Translations under genes and position numbers: made by a program
Notes under the pieces: generated by a model
Seen by the model: only the letters and a program-made list of their open reading frames with translations
Database searches by the model: none
Told to the model about the DNA's origin: nothing
IMG/VR virus record: IMGVR_UViG_3300000115_000005
DNA length: 64,000 nucleotides
Strand: one strand, 5' to 3'
DNA from: a virus
Shown here: positions 36,743-47,091 of the stretch, piece after piece
How the letters are laid out: each line of letters opens with the position of its first letter
Position numbering within the stretch: position 1 is the stretch's first letter

Positions 36743-37153
36743 CTAATTTAGTTTTTCAATTCTAACTTTTACATCATTAGTTTTATCTTTATAGTTCTGA
36801 ACAGCAGCTTTGATGGCATCTTCAGCTAAAATTGAGCAATGTATTTTTACTGGTGGTAAACATAGTTCTTTTGCAATCTCAACATTCTTAATTGATTCTG
36901 CATCATCAATCGTTCTACCTTTTACCCATTCAGTCATTAAACTACTGCTTGCTATGGCTGAACCACAGCCATATGTTTTAAATTTTGCATCTGTAATGAT
37001 ACCATCATCATTTACTTTTATTTGTAATTTCATTACATCACCACAGGCCGGTGCACCGACCATACCCGTACCAACATCTGAGTCATTCTTATTCATTGAT
37101 CCTACATTTCTAGGATTTTCATAATGATCTATAACTTTTTCGCTATATGCCAT
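36743..37153 (-). CDS. iscU: Fe-S cluster scaffold IscU
   Basis: MAYSEKVIDHYENPRNVG, APACGDVM, FKTYGCGSAIASSS, LPPVKIHC. Confidence 0.96.
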   Translation of the reverse strand: MAYSEKVIDHYENPRNVGSMNKNDSDVGTGMVGAPACGDVMKLQIKVNDDGIITDAKFKTYGCGSAIASSSLMTEWVKGRTIDDAESIKNVEIAKELCLPPVKIHCSILAEDAIKAAVQNYKDKTNDVKVRIEKLN

Positions 37154-37294
37154 CTTCTTTCTCCCATTTTTCTTTTAAATAATGTCTATATTTTTGAGCA
37201 TCTATATCGGTATTAAAAGGTCCACCAAAAACTTTGATGTAACCAATAACCCAGTAACCTGTTTTACCTTCTATAATTTCTAACCAGTCATACA

Positions 37295-39316
37295 TTAACC
37301 TTCACAAGCGGTACATTCATCTGATTCTGGCTGTTGGTTGAGGTGTATCATCAACTCACTATATCCTCCAATATATTCATTCTCCAGATAAATCTGTGGT
37401 ACTGTTGTAACAGGTCGACCTGTTACTTCAGCTGCTGTTTTACCTAGTTCTTTAATATTAACAAAATCAAAAGTAATACCTCTTTCAGAAAACTCATCTT
37501 TAGTTTTTTGACACCAACCGCAAGTTAAAGTTCCATAAATGATTGCTTGTGTCCTTGTTTCACCTTCTGCGATTGCTTTTAAATCTAAACCTTTAATTAC
37601 ATCTCTTTCAACTTTTCTTGATATTTTATCGGCTTTACCAATCTTTTCTGAACGACAATAGTAAAGAGTTTTAAGCCCTTGCTTCCATGCCATAAAATGT
37701 GTTGCGTGTAAATATTTTACATTTACGTCCGGCCGAAAGAATAGGTTAACGGATTGAGCCTGGTCAATGTAATTTTGTCGGTCAGCTGCGTGCTCCACAA
37801 CCCATCTTTGGTCAATTTCCATACTCGTTTTGAAGATGTCCTTTTCCCGGTCATTGAGTAAATTAAGGTGTTGTACGGATCCATCGGTAGCGATAATGTT
37901 GCTCCAGATTTTCTGATAGTCAAGATCATTTTTTGCTCTTTCTGTAATTATTTTATCAAGAAATTTGTTTTTATGTAGATATGCACCAGATAAAGTATCT
38001 TGCCTATAAGCATTTGCACGATATGGTTCTATACTAGGGCTTGTATTACCCATAATAATACTACTAGAAGCATTGGGAGCAATAGCCATAAGGTGAGAAA
38101 ACCTACGGCCAGTACCAGCAGCATCAGGAGCTTCTCCTCTAATTTTACCGAGATCCAAATTTGCTTCATCTAATCCCCTCCTAATATGTCTAAAGATTTC
38201 CACGTTTCTTGACTTTGCAAGTGCGGATTCATAAGGTATTCCATGATCTTGTAAATGAGCATGGAAACCAAGAGCACCAATACCAATGCTACGTTCATTT
38301 ATAGCACTATATTTTGCACGGTGTACAGCATCAGGACTATTATCAATAAAATACTGAAGCACATTATCTAGCATCTCCGCTACGTCTTTAAGAAAAAGAG
38401 TATTATCTTTCCATTTATCAAAATATTCTAGATTGAGTGAAGATAAACAACATACAGCTGTTCTTTCTTCGTTAGTAGGTAATATAATTTCTGAACAAAG
38501 ATTTGATTGTCTAATACTTAATCCTTTTTTCTTTTGAAACTCTGGCATTTCTCTATTACTCGTATCAATAAAATGTAAGTATGGTTCGCCAGTCATCATT
38601 CGTATTTCAAGTATTTTTTGCCATAACTTTTTAGCCGATATTTTTTCTTTTATTTCTCCCGAATGTGGATCTATTAGTTCCCATGTATCATCAAATTCTT
38701 CATCAACCATGGCATTTTCAATAAGATTCATAAATTTATCGGTAATGTTAATACCATGATGCAAATTCATTGTTCTCATATTAGGATCGCCAGTTGGCTT
38801 TCTTATATCTAAAAACTGTATAATATCAGGATGAGATACATCAAGATAAGCTGCATAAGAACCTCTGCGAGTTCTACCTTGTCTATATGCTAAACTTGAA
38901 GCATCATATGTTTTTAAGTGTGGCATTACACCAGTTGATTTATCATCGCTGGAACGTATTCCTAGACCAATCCCGACACCACCACCTAACATTGATAACC
39001 AGTTCACCTCGGAGAGAGTGTCAACCAAACCTTCTCTACTATCATGAAGATAAGGGAGGAAACAAGAAATAGGAAGGCCACGCTTACTACGACCAAAAGA
39101 TAAGATAGGAGTAGAATAAGACAACCAATGACTACTAGAATATTCATATAGACGTTGTGCATGAGCATCATCAGTTCCGAAAGCTTTTGATACATAAGCA
39201 AATCTCTCCTGTGGTGAAACTTCTTCCTCTTTCATGTAAGATTCTTTTAATCTTCTTAAACCTAGAGTATCGAATAGTTTATCTTTTTCTACATCTATTG
39301 AAATTTTGTGATTCAT
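37295..39316 (-). CDS. nrdA: Ribonucleotide reductase class Ia alpha subunit (no ATP cone) with glutaredoxin domain in the C-terminal tail
   Basis: PISCF, SNLCSEI, VCCLSSLN, APNASSS, KTLYY; then IYG...CGWC...TVPQIY...YIGGY, then terminal CTACEG; start may be 39316 or 39355. Confidence 0.95.
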   Translation of the reverse strand: MNHKISIDVEKDKLFDTLGLRRLKESYMKEEEVSPQERFAYVSKAFGTDDAHAQRLYEYSSSHWLSYSTPILSFGRSKRGLPISCFLPYLHDSREGLVDTLSEVNWLSMLGGGVGIGLGIRSSDDKSTGVMPHLKTYDASSLAYRQGRTRRGSYAAYLDVSHPDIIQFLDIRKPTGDPNMRTMNLHHGINITDKFMNLIENAMVDEEFDDTWELIDPHSGEIKEKISAKKLWQKILEIRMMTGEPYLHFIDTSNREMPEFQKKKGLSIRQSNLCSEIILPTNEERTAVCCLSSLNLEYFDKWKDNTLFLKDVAEMLDNVLQYFIDNSPDAVHRAKYSAINERSIGIGALGFHAHLQDHGIPYESALAKSRNVEIFRHIRRGLDEANLDLGKIRGEAPDAAGTGRRFSHLMAIAPNASSSIIMGNTSPSIEPYRANAYRQDTLSGAYLHKNKFLDKIITERAKNDLDYQKIWSNIIATDGSVQHLNLLNDREKDIFKTSMEIDQRWVVEHAADRQNYIDQAQSVNLFFRPDVNVKYLHATHFMAWKQGLKTLYYCRSEKIGKADKISRKVERDVIKGLDLKAIAEGETRTQAIIYGTLTCGWCQKTKDEFSERGITFDFVNIKELGKTAAEVTGRPVTTVPQIYLENEYIGGYSELMIHLNQQPESDECTACEG

Positions 39317-39332
39317 CAGTTTTGTTATCCTA

Positions 39333-40007
39333 TTAATATATTGCTTTAGTAACATTTGGAAAGTTATCTCCTATTATAGACCAGCATTGCTTTGCAATTT
39401 CCATATGCTCTTTTTGCGTGCCATTTGACATTCGCAATCCACAATAATGTATCCATGATCTTAAAGTTCCCGACATATAAAGTTTACTCATCATAAGACC
39501 TTCAGGTAAAATACATCTAGCTTGTTCTTTTGCCATACCCTTATCTACTAAATGTTTATAACTATCAATTGCGAACTCTTTAATTTTTTTCTGCCTTTGT
39601 TCAAAGACATATTGTAAATAACTATGAGCTGGATTTTCTTCGTCCATCATAATACTATTTTGTCTATTTTTAGTATCTTGTAATCTTGATTCTCTTTGTG
39701 CAAATTCCAACTCTTTTGTTGGATCTGCGTATCTCTGACTAAACTCTTGAAAAGAAAATGATCTATGTCTCAATATTTGTCTTCCAATATCTCTTGTAGT
39801 GTTTATTTCTAACACAATATGCACCATCTCAAAAGGAGACCAATGTTTGTTATCAATTAAATATTTTATTAATTTGTCAGAACTTTCAAAATTATTTTGA
39901 TTACTTGGATTAGATACTCTAGCCATATAGATTATTGCATCTTCTGGAGTTTTACCTTTCAAATCGCCAAAGAATGACGAAATGCCAACTAAATGTACAT
40001 TTTTCAT
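39333..40007 (-). CDS. thyX: Flavin-dependent thymidylate synthase
   Basis: HWSPFE, QILRHRSFSFQEFSQRY, KEQAR. Confidence 0.95.
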   Translation of the reverse strand: MKNVHLVGISSFFGDLKGKTPEDAIIYMARVSNPSNQNNFESSDKLIKYLIDNKHWSPFEMVHIVLEINTTRDIGRQILRHRSFSFQEFSQRYADPTKELEFAQRESRLQDTKNRQNSIMMDEENPAHSYLQYVFEQRQKKIKEFAIDSYKHLVDKGMAKEQARCILPEGLMMSKLYMSGTLRSWIHYCGLRMSNGTQKEHMEIAKQCWSIIGDNFPNVTKAIY

Positions 40008-40008
40008 A

Positions 40009-41049
40009 TTATACTTTCTTCCAGAATGTTAATTTACTAAGAGCTCTTAAGCAACAAAACGTATTTGTACTTATAATCTTCTTGAGTTCGTTTTGCGTAT
40101 ATCCAGATAAAATCATCTCATTTATATCTTTTTCTTTTATTGATTGCGGCCAAATAACAATGTGATGTCCACGCTTCACAGCATCATACATTAGTTTACA
40201 TACCTCTACATTTCTTGGTTCATTGTCAAAGATTAGTATTTTATCTTGTTTATCTACATTTGTCAAGTCCTCCGCAATAATTGATAAATTAGCATCGCCT
40301 GATGCAATACAATTGTCTAAGAACAACGAATCAAGAGGACCTTCAACAATATAAACTATATCATCTAAATCCACACGGTCAAGCCCATAAACTAATTTAT
40401 TTTCAGATTTATTTGTTCTTAGTGTTACATATCTTAATCTACTATCACCTGATTCAAGAGCTCTTCCTGAGATCGCAAAAATCTCATCATTCTCATCATA
40501 GAATGGTATTACAAGCCTTGCATCTGGTGTGAGTTTCATATCATTATCTGGCATCATACTCTGAACAAACATTTTATAATCAGGTGTAAACAATAATTTA
40601 CTAAAATACTTGTTCGGTATTTTTCTTTGCTTTGCATATGACTTACAAAAGTGATTATCTGGTAAATCTGATAACCACTCACCATGTTCAAAGTTTTGTT
40701 TTTTTACTTTTCCAAATTTTGGTGGCTTGATATTTTCAAATTTCGGCTTCTGGTAATTTGAAAATCCCGACTCACCTGACTTATATCGCTCGAGTATGAA
40801 CTCTTTGTATATCTCTGCATCAAACTGTTTAATGAAATTGCCAAGACTGAGGCTAGAGCCACAGTTATGACAACGGTAGAATAAATTATTTCCTTTAGAA
40901 TAGACATAGCCCCTTGCTTTTAATAAATTTTTCTTACTATCACCACAAATTGGGCAAGAAAAATTCCACAAGTAGTCTTTCTTCTGTTTGAAGTTTCTTA
41001 ATCTATGTGATAGTAAACGGATGTATTTTGATTCAACTGATAATGACAT
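40009..41049 (-). CDS. gp61: DNA primase (T4 gp61)
   Basis: CPICGDS...CHNC Zn finger, VEGPLDS, FDNEPRN, KDINEM. Confidence 0.95.
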   Translation of the reverse strand: MSLSVESKYIRLLSHRLRNFKQKKDYLWNFSCPICGDSKKNLLKARGYVYSKGNNLFYRCHNCGSSLSLGNFIKQFDAEIYKEFILERYKSGESGFSNYQKPKFENIKPPKFGKVKKQNFEHGEWLSDLPDNHFCKSYAKQRKIPNKYFSKLLFTPDYKMFVQSMMPDNDMKLTPDARLVIPFYDENDEIFAISGRALESGDSRLRYVTLRTNKSENKLVYGLDRVDLDDIVYIVEGPLDSLFLDNCIASGDANLSIIAEDLTNVDKQDKILIFDNEPRNVEVCKLMYDAVKRGHHIVIWPQSIKEKDINEMILSGYTQNELKKIISTNTFCCLRALSKLTFWKKV

Positions 41050-41074
41050 AGTTACTACTATATCATGTATAAAA

Positions 41075-41584
41075 CTATATTACAAGTGATAATATGGTGG
41101 ATAAGTCTAGTTTACCCAAGAAAAATGAAGCCGTAACTGCTACACCTAAAACAAGCCATTTATATTTTTCTATTTCACCTACAGCTTTAGACCACCTACT
41201 TTTATCTATTTTTTTATGGTCTAATAAATCTTTTCTGAGAGAATCGAGTCTTAAATTAATAGATGATTCTATTTGATCTATTCTCTCATGTACAGATGTG
41301 ATTTGAATAGGCACTTGGTCTATTCTATCATGAACTTCTCTTGAAACTGAGGTAACTCTAGAATGTAATTCTTTTATGTCATTCTTTACATTACCTTTTT
41401 GCTTCTCATTTTGATCTAGCTTTTCTTCATGTAGTGATAACATTTGTAAAACATTGACGTTTAACTCCTGTATCTTATCAATGGATATGGATAGTTTTTC
41501 TAATAGTTTATTGGTTTGATTTATATCTCTTTTCAATAAACCAACATCAAGCTTTAGTTCTTGTATTTCTCTAGTGTCTGGCAT
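41075..41584 (-). CDS. Coiled-coil protein with C-terminal TM
   Basis: Heptad pattern, hydrophobic C-terminus. Confidence 0.6.
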   Translation of the reverse strand: MPDTREIQELKLDVGLLKRDINQTNKLLEKLSISIDKIQELNVNVLQMLSLHEEKLDQNEKQKGNVKNDIKELHSRVTSVSREVHDRIDQVPIQITSVHERIDQIESSINLRLDSLRKDLLDHKKIDKSRWSKAVGEIEKYKWLVLGVAVTASFFLGKLDLSTILSLVI

Positions 41585-41859
41585 TACAAAATCGCTGAAA
41601 TTGTTGCAATGGATTTCTCTATTGTCCTTTGTAGTTCTTGTTTACGAAATAACTCATCAGATGTTTTAGTTATGGCATTAGAAGCTTCCAAGCCCTCTAA
41701 AAGGTCTTTATATTCAGATGGACTAATATTACCATCTACATATTCTTTTTCTATTTCTTTAAATGCAATTTCAGCTTCTGTAAGAGTAATTGTATCTTCT
41801 TTCATCTTCATATTTTCCTTAACTGAGTTTAATTGGTGCAAATGCCCAAGCACCCGCAA
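41584..41859 (-). CDS. Hypothetical protein
   Basis: ORF; start probably internal. Confidence 0.5.
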   Translation of the reverse strand: MRVLGHLHQLNSVKENMKMKEDTITLTEAEIAFKEIEKEYVDGNISPSEYKDLLEGLEASNAITKTSDELFRKQELQRTIEKSIATISAIL

Positions 41860-41979
41860 CTATTAAGAGTATGGTCAAAATAGCTATACCATATATCCAA
41901 AATTTAATTATTGGTCCCCATTCTGCACTTCCTGATTGCTTTTTGGGATCTTTTTCCCAACTCAACCATTTTAGCCATT

Positions 41980-42387
41980 TCATCTGGTTTTGCTCCCGAT
42001 AACTCGTTGCATTTGTTCAGCAGCTGCTGAAATTTGTTTCAATTTTAATCTACAATAGGTATTTGAAACATTACCTCCGGTATCATATCGAGATTTAAAA
42101 TCCAAAATTAAATTATGTAAATCTACTAAAAGATTATGTGTATCTTCATTTCTTGGTATGTGCTGTGTATAATTAACAGCAAACATTGAACTATTATATA
42201 GTTGATCAACAAGTGCATAATTAAAAACTCTAGCATCACAAAATGGTATTGAAATCTGTGATATAGTTTTAATTTGAGTAACACTCATATATTCATTATT
42301 ATCATATTTTGATGTTCTATAAGCATCAATCACACTACAACCAGATAAGATTAATATTACACTAATTAACGCTATCGTCTTTTTCAT
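41980..42387 (-). CDS. Lipoprotein
   Basis: Lipobox LSGC. Confidence 0.65.
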   Translation of the reverse strand: MKKTIALISVILILSGCSVIDAYRTSKYDNNEYMSVTQIKTISQISIPFCDARVFNYALVDQLYNSSMFAVNYTQHIPRNEDTHNLLVDLHNLILDFKSRYDTGGNVSNTYCRLKLKQISAAAEQMQRVIGSKTR

Positions 42388-42745
42388 AGTAACCCTTATA
42401 CTTTAATATAATTATTCTTTGTGTATTAATAAAGTTTCTTATTTCAGCCATATTGATTGATAATTTTTCATAACCTTCATCTGTAAGGCCGAATAAAACT
42501 AAATCTTCATTTTTCTTTTTTAGTTTCTTCCAAACTTTATCAACATTATCTGGTGTAATTACAACCCATTCTATTTTTTCAGGTTGTAATGGTTTTGGTG
42601 ACTCTATATTTAGTTTAATTCTTTCAACGGCCACCTCTTTTACTTCAATGGGTTGTACATCATCTTCCCAAAATTTAGGTAGTATTGAACACCCGTTAAT
42701 GAAAAATAGGGATGTAAGAAGGATTAGCGATAGTTGGACATTCAC
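42362..42745 (-). CDS. Putative o-spanin lipoprotein
   Basis: Lipobox INGC, Pro-rich linker, overlaps the upstream TM/coiled-coil gene. Confidence 0.55.
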   Translation of the reverse strand: MNVQLSLILLTSLFFINGCSILPKFWEDDVQPIEVKEVAVERIKLNIESPKPLQPEKIEWVVITPDNVDKVWKKLKKKNEDLVLFGLTDEGYEKLSINMAEIRNFINTQRIIILKYKGYYEKDDSVN

Positions 42746-43193
42746 GATTTATTGTACTTTCTGTTTTTGCATTTCGTTCTTTTTCTGTGATAGTTGCACC
42801 TGAAGCTATTTCTAGGCATCTAAGTGCGTTTCTTGTGCCACGATTAATAAGTCTTTCCATTGCTCTAGGTTTTCTCATGGCTATTTTTCCAATATCTCTA
42901 GATTCACCTTTTGCATTTACATTAAACTTATCAAAAAGATTTTTTACTTCATTTCTTTGTCTTTCTAATTCATCACTCACCTCTTGATTGATTTCTTTTA
43001 TCATGTCAATATCATACATCATCTGGTCAATTACATCATTTTGATTAGACAAGGATTCTTCTAGTATTTTATTATTTGATTCAGATGTGGCTAACTGTGC
43101 CTTGAGATTTGTAACATACCAAAGTCCACCTGCAATTATAATAACAATACCAAGATAACATAAAACTTTTATCACACTTAAAACATTAAACAT
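42696..43193 (-). CDS. Putative i-spanin
   Basis: N-terminal TM, long coiled coil, C-terminal Cys residues. Confidence 0.55.
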   Translation of the reverse strand: MFNVLSVIKVLCYLGIVIIIAGGLWYVTNLKAQLATSESNNKILEESLSNQNDVIDQMMYDIDMIKEINQEVSDELERQRNEVKNLFDKFNVNAKGESRDIGKIAMRKPRAMERLINRGTRNALRCLEIASGATITEKERNAKTESTINRECPTIANPSYIPIFH

Positions 43194-43647
43194 TTTTCCT
43201 CTTCATATACATTATGAATGGCATCAATTTTTTCTTTTTTCTTTTTACTGGAACTCCTGGTTCACCTTGAGGGCCAACACCAAGACCTGCGACTTTTCCA
43301 CCACCTACACTATTTACTGGTGCATCTTCGTTTCTTGGTACACAATTAGGCACCCTTTTACCCTTTTTCATTTTAAAACCAACTTGTTTATGTGAATCCC
43401 AACAAGCTTCCTTTTTAAGTGTTTCTTCGTCCATGAAATGTCCACTTTTTGGTATTTTTACGTTTACTGTGTCTGCTGTTTTACCTTGACCAGCCTTTAA
43501 AAGTTCTTTCATATATTTTGCACTATATGGCCTACCAGCTTCTTTCAATGATCTTTTTTTACGACCAGCACAATGAGCCTTTTGACTAAAGCCTTTGGGG
43601 TTGCTACAATCAATACTTCTTTTGTACTTGTCCGACCAACTACTCAT
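43186..43647 (-). CDS. Basic modular phage protein
   Basis: WSDKYKRSIDCSNPKGFSQKAHC and CW...K.K.GKRVPNCVP modules common in T4-like aquatic phages. Confidence 0.65.
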   Translation of the reverse strand: MSSWSDKYKRSIDCSNPKGFSQKAHCAGRKKRSLKEAGRPYSAKYMKELLKAGQGKTADTVNVKIPKSGHFMDEETLKKEACWDSHKQVGFKMKKGKRVPNCVPRNEDAPVNSVGGGKVAGLGVGPQGEPGVPVKRKKKKLMPFIMYMKRKNV

Positions 43648-44035
43648 CTATTTTCCTTAGTTTTTCTGCTGTACTCATATCAATTGATATTGATGATGAA
43701 TATAAATTATTATTTTTTATACCTAATATCTTATCTGGCATAATATTTAAAAATGTTAGATAAGTTTTTAATATAGAATAATCTTCTTTATCTACTTTAA
43801 AAAATAATAATCTACTTGTTACTGATGGTCCAAATACATTAACTAAAACTGTTAAGTGATTTAAAACCAACCTTTCTTTTATATCACTTGGTTTTCTGTG
43901 CCTACGAAAGAGTCTTTTTAAATAATTTATTCTTTTTAAATCATCTTTAAATTCACTCATTACATAGTTTGGTTTCTCATAAGCTTTTATAGCATATAAA
44001 ATCCAGTTTTCATTATTTAAATTTTCAAAAGACAA
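43640..44035 (-). CDS. Conserved T4-like hypothetical protein
   Basis: EF.DDLKRINYLKRLF...ERLVLNHL...NVFG. Confidence 0.7.
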   Translation of the reverse strand: MSFENLNNENWILYAIKAYEKPNYVMSEFKDDLKRINYLKRLFRRHRKPSDIKERLVLNHLTVLVNVFGPSVTSRLLFFKVDKEDYSILKTYLTFLNIMPDKILGIKNNNLYSSSISIDMSTAEKLRKIDE

Positions 44036-44044
44036 ATTATTTTC

Positions 44045-44479
44045 CTATACTCTTTTTCCCTCATCTAATAAAAGTTCAGCTATTCGTTTTTCATCACCAA
44101 CTTCAGCGTAAAACTCAAAGCGACCACTTTCATGAGAGAGATCGAAAATTATGTAAATTTTATATCCTGAATCTTGTCCGTATTGTAGTAAATCAATACC
44201 AAGTTCTTCACCTTCTTGATCTGGCCTATATGTAACTGGTAAATAAGAACCGAATCTTTCAAGTGCTTTATTGATTGATGATATACCTTCCTCTGGCACT
44301 CGAAACCCTACTCGTAAGTAATTAAGTAAATAATAATTGACTTGCGATCTAATTTTAGGGTTGCGGAAAAGTGAGGAGTTCTCACCCCAATCCTTTGCAG
44401 GAAGGTCGTGGAACTCCTCGGCTTGGTCAACTTCCACAGTTGTGGTAGTTTCTTTGAGGAAATCTCTATACTTTTTCAT
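44045..44479 (-). CDS. Hypothetical protein with capsid-targeting-like N-terminus
   Basis: MKKYRDFLKE. Confidence 0.55.
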   Translation of the reverse strand: MKKYRDFLKETTTTVEVDQAEEFHDLPAKDWGENSSLFRNPKIRSQVNYYLLNYLRVGFRVPEEGISSINKALERFGSYLPVTYRPDQEGEELGIDLLQYGQDSGYKIYIIFDLSHESGRFEFYAEVGDEKRIAELLLDEGKRV

Positions 44480-45132
44480 TAACTCTTATCGAAAACCGCA
44501 TTACTAGCAGCTGAATCACCAGACATAGAACCCATTGCAACTAAGGTTTCAGTCTGTATTCTACCTGCACGACCACCAACTGTAATTGAAAACACAGCAT
44601 TTGTGACTGCCTTACCTGTTAGCACAGCGGTATTTTGTTTAAAGTGTGTATCAGTATATACATTAGCGATAGCTGGTGTGTTAGCATATAAACCAAAACT
44701 ATTACCAATTATAATTCCATCAATAAATCCAGTTGTATTGACTGTAATTTCAACATTAGCGGCTATTTGTCCTGAACCACCTTTGCCTCCACCACCAGTA
44801 AAGATTTTAACAAAAGAGTTAACACCTTTTGCACCGGCATTTGCTGTGATAGATGTGATTGGACCTACACCAACTTTACGAGTTATCCAACCAGCGTGTG
44901 TTGGTATTCCAGTACCATCTCCAGTAGCTACATTTGCAACTGCTGATGATGTTTCAACTGTACTTAGACCGAAAATACCTAAAGCGGCTTTATCAATAAA
45001 ATCTCCGATTGCTGTGTTAGCGTAATAGACCTGACCATTACTAGTTACCTGAGGTGTATCACCACCATAACCAGTTGTGTCTGTCTGTTTTGGCGCATTG
45101 TTCCCTGCGTTTAAATTTCCCCAAAGCGACAT
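44479..45132 (-). CDS. Putative virion structural protein
   Basis: MSLWG..., HAGW, GRIQTETLVAM; late promoter upstream. Confidence 0.65.
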   Translation of the reverse strand: MSLWGNLNAGNNAPKQTDTTGYGGDTPQVTSNGQVYYANTAIGDFIDKAALGIFGLSTVETSSAVANVATGDGTGIPTHAGWITRKVGVGPITSITANAGAKGVNSFVKIFTGGGGKGGSGQIAANVEITVNTTGFIDGIIIGNSFGLYANTPAIANVYTDTHFKQNTAVLTGKAVTNAVFSITVGGRAGRIQTETLVAMGSMSGDSAASNAVFDKS

Positions 45133-45160
45133 TTTTTTCTCCTTTTAAAATGTTATATAC

Positions 45161-45168
45161 TATTTATA
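45161..45168 (-). promoter_or_regulatory. T4-type late promoter
   Basis: TATAAATA upstream of an AAGGAG RBS. Confidence 0.8.
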
Positions 45169-46714
45169 TCTTATTATCGTTGTCATTGGAAGGATTATCA
45201 GGTCTCATGATCTGACTTGTTAAGGTCGGATCTGATTCAAATTTATCTTTAACAACTAAATTATTTTCTTTCTTTTTTCTAACTTTTTTAACTTTTTCAA
45301 AAATGCTTGTATTTTCATCTTGCATCGCTAACTTTGTTGCTGTTGCATACATTACATTTTTAGCATCATCACCATATCTGTCTTTAAAACCTTTCATTTT
45401 AGGTTTCATAGACATTACAATTTTTTCACGTTTTTTCATTTGACCATCAGTCATATGACCTTCACTTACACCCATCTTTTGACGTTGCAATATTTTTTTA
45501 GTTTGTATCTTATCATCAGCTTTTTGAATACCTTGCATCCTTTTTTTTGCTTCTGGACTTGTTAATTTTCTACCTTTTCTAGGATCAATTTTATCCTCAT
45601 AATCATCCATTGCTTTATCTCTATAACTTCTTAATGTTCTTACATTAAGTTCATCAATCTGTTCAACTTCTTCATTTGTAGGGTATAAAAGGTAATCTCT
45701 CATACTATCCATATATGCAGCTGCAACGGCAAGTTTATTTGTCCACCAACTTGGTAATGACTCAACTGAACCCATCATAGCTAATCTAGTTTGTATATCA
45801 CCTGCATCTTCCATAATTGTTTTACATTTTCTCATAGCTGATGCTACATCTGTATGTCCATCTTCAAGTATTTCTGTTTCTTCATATTGGCCACTACCTT
45901 GAAAACCACCTTTTTGTATAGCTGTTGACATATCACCAAGTGTTGCTTGATCTTTTGTCATTTTTAAATTTCTTAAAAATTTCTTTTTACCTTTTTTTTC
46001 TGTTCCGCAATGACCTTCACTTACTGATTCAGATGGTGTCATTGTTACGGTTCTACCATAACTATCTTTACCAACTACTTTGGTATTTGGATTCTTTTTG
46101 CCTTGGTGATCATCATATCCTTTATTATAATCAGAAGCGTAAGGCCCGTAGTTGTCAGATGTTTCCCCTCTTTTATCTCCAGCTAATGCTTTTTTCTTGC
46201 CTAAGTTGTAGTGATATTTTGCTTCAGATTCATCAATATATTCTACTGACTCTGGAACTCCACCTTTCATTTTACGGCCTTTATCAACTAACTTACGAGC
46301 AGCTTTTGCTAAACCAGTTTGACGATTGCTGACCTTTCTAAAATCTTTTTTATCATCATATTCATTTTTACTCATGCTTTTGGCACCCATCTTATACGAT
46401 CTTCTAGCCAAATCACCACCAGCTTTTGTTGCGTAGTTACCCAAAGTCTTTGGTGATAGTTCATCAATCTGCTCTATATCTTCATTGGTTTTTTGTGTAA
46501 GTTTATTTGCAGCTCTACCAATACCAACTACTCTTTTCCGCATCTTCTGGCTTCTTTTCTCCCTGTCTGGGTCATTTTTTTTCGCATCACCACCTTTAAC
46601 CACAGACTGTACTATTTTTGCACCATGGTCCACACCTTTATCTCTAAGGTTATCTGCAGCTCCCATTTGATAACGAGCGAGAGTGTATTTACTGAGTTCT
46701 TTTAAAGTTTTCAT
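45164..46714 (-). CDS. Modular internal-head-like protein with EQIDEL repeats
   Basis: Basic modules separated by acidic E.(I/V)E.(I/L)(D/E)E linkers. Confidence 0.65.
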   Translation of the reverse strand: MKTLKELSKYTLARYQMGAADNLRDKGVDHGAKIVQSVVKGGDAKKNDPDREKRSQKMRKRVVGIGRAANKLTQKTNEDIEQIDELSPKTLGNYATKAGGDLARRSYKMGAKSMSKNEYDDKKDFRKVSNRQTGLAKAARKLVDKGRKMKGGVPESVEYIDESEAKYHYNLGKKKALAGDKRGETSDNYGPYASDYNKGYDDHQGKKNPNTKVVGKDSYGRTVTMTPSESVSEGHCGTEKKGKKKFLRNLKMTKDQATLGDMSTAIQKGGFQGSGQYEETEILEDGHTDVASAMRKCKTIMEDAGDIQTRLAMMGSVESLPSWWTNKLAVAAAYMDSMRDYLLYPTNEEVEQIDELNVRTLRSYRDKAMDDYEDKIDPRKGRKLTSPEAKKRMQGIQKADDKIQTKKILQRQKMGVSEGHMTDGQMKKREKIVMSMKPKMKGFKDRYGDDAKNVMYATATKLAMQDENTSIFEKVKKVRKKKENNLVVKDKFESDPTLTSQIMRPDNPSNDNDNKI

Positions 46715-47091
46715 CCTTTTCTCCAGCTTCCGCCTTTTGATTTATACCACTTAGAAGCCCAACCATTTGCATAAGCTGATGGATAAACATCAAACTTTGA
46801 TTTTGCTAATGATTTTGCTCTTGACCATAATTTAGGATTAGTTGGTACATTTTTTTCTTCTATGTACTCAACTTCTTCTTTATAAGAGGATTGACCTGGA
46901 CGACCACCATATAACTGAGCCTTCATTTGAAGTCTACCTTTAGCTTTGTCTATACCCATTGCTCTTTTTTTGGCCTTAGGTGTATTACCTTTCATATCCA
47001 TGGCTCGGTCAACTTGGTCATCTTCAGCTTTACTTTTATAACTTCTTAAAGTTTTAGTATCGAGTTCATCAATCTGCTCTATATCTTCATT
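45648..47091. repeat. Dispersed 29-nt repeat encoding NE(D/E)(I/V)EQIDEL
   Basis: agttcatcaatctgctctatatcttcatt at 46458-46486 and 47063-47091; variant copy at 45648-45676. Confidence 0.8.

Noticed and set aside
34512-37153. Host-DNA contamination as the origin of fdh/iscU
   Set aside because: Genes are tightly packed and co-oriented between phage-type nrdA and nrdB with similar AT-rich composition; read-level confirmation is still advisable
33403-40007. Introns or inteins in nrdA, nrdB or thyX
   Set aside because: All three are continuous ORFs of ordinary length, with no intein splice motifs seen
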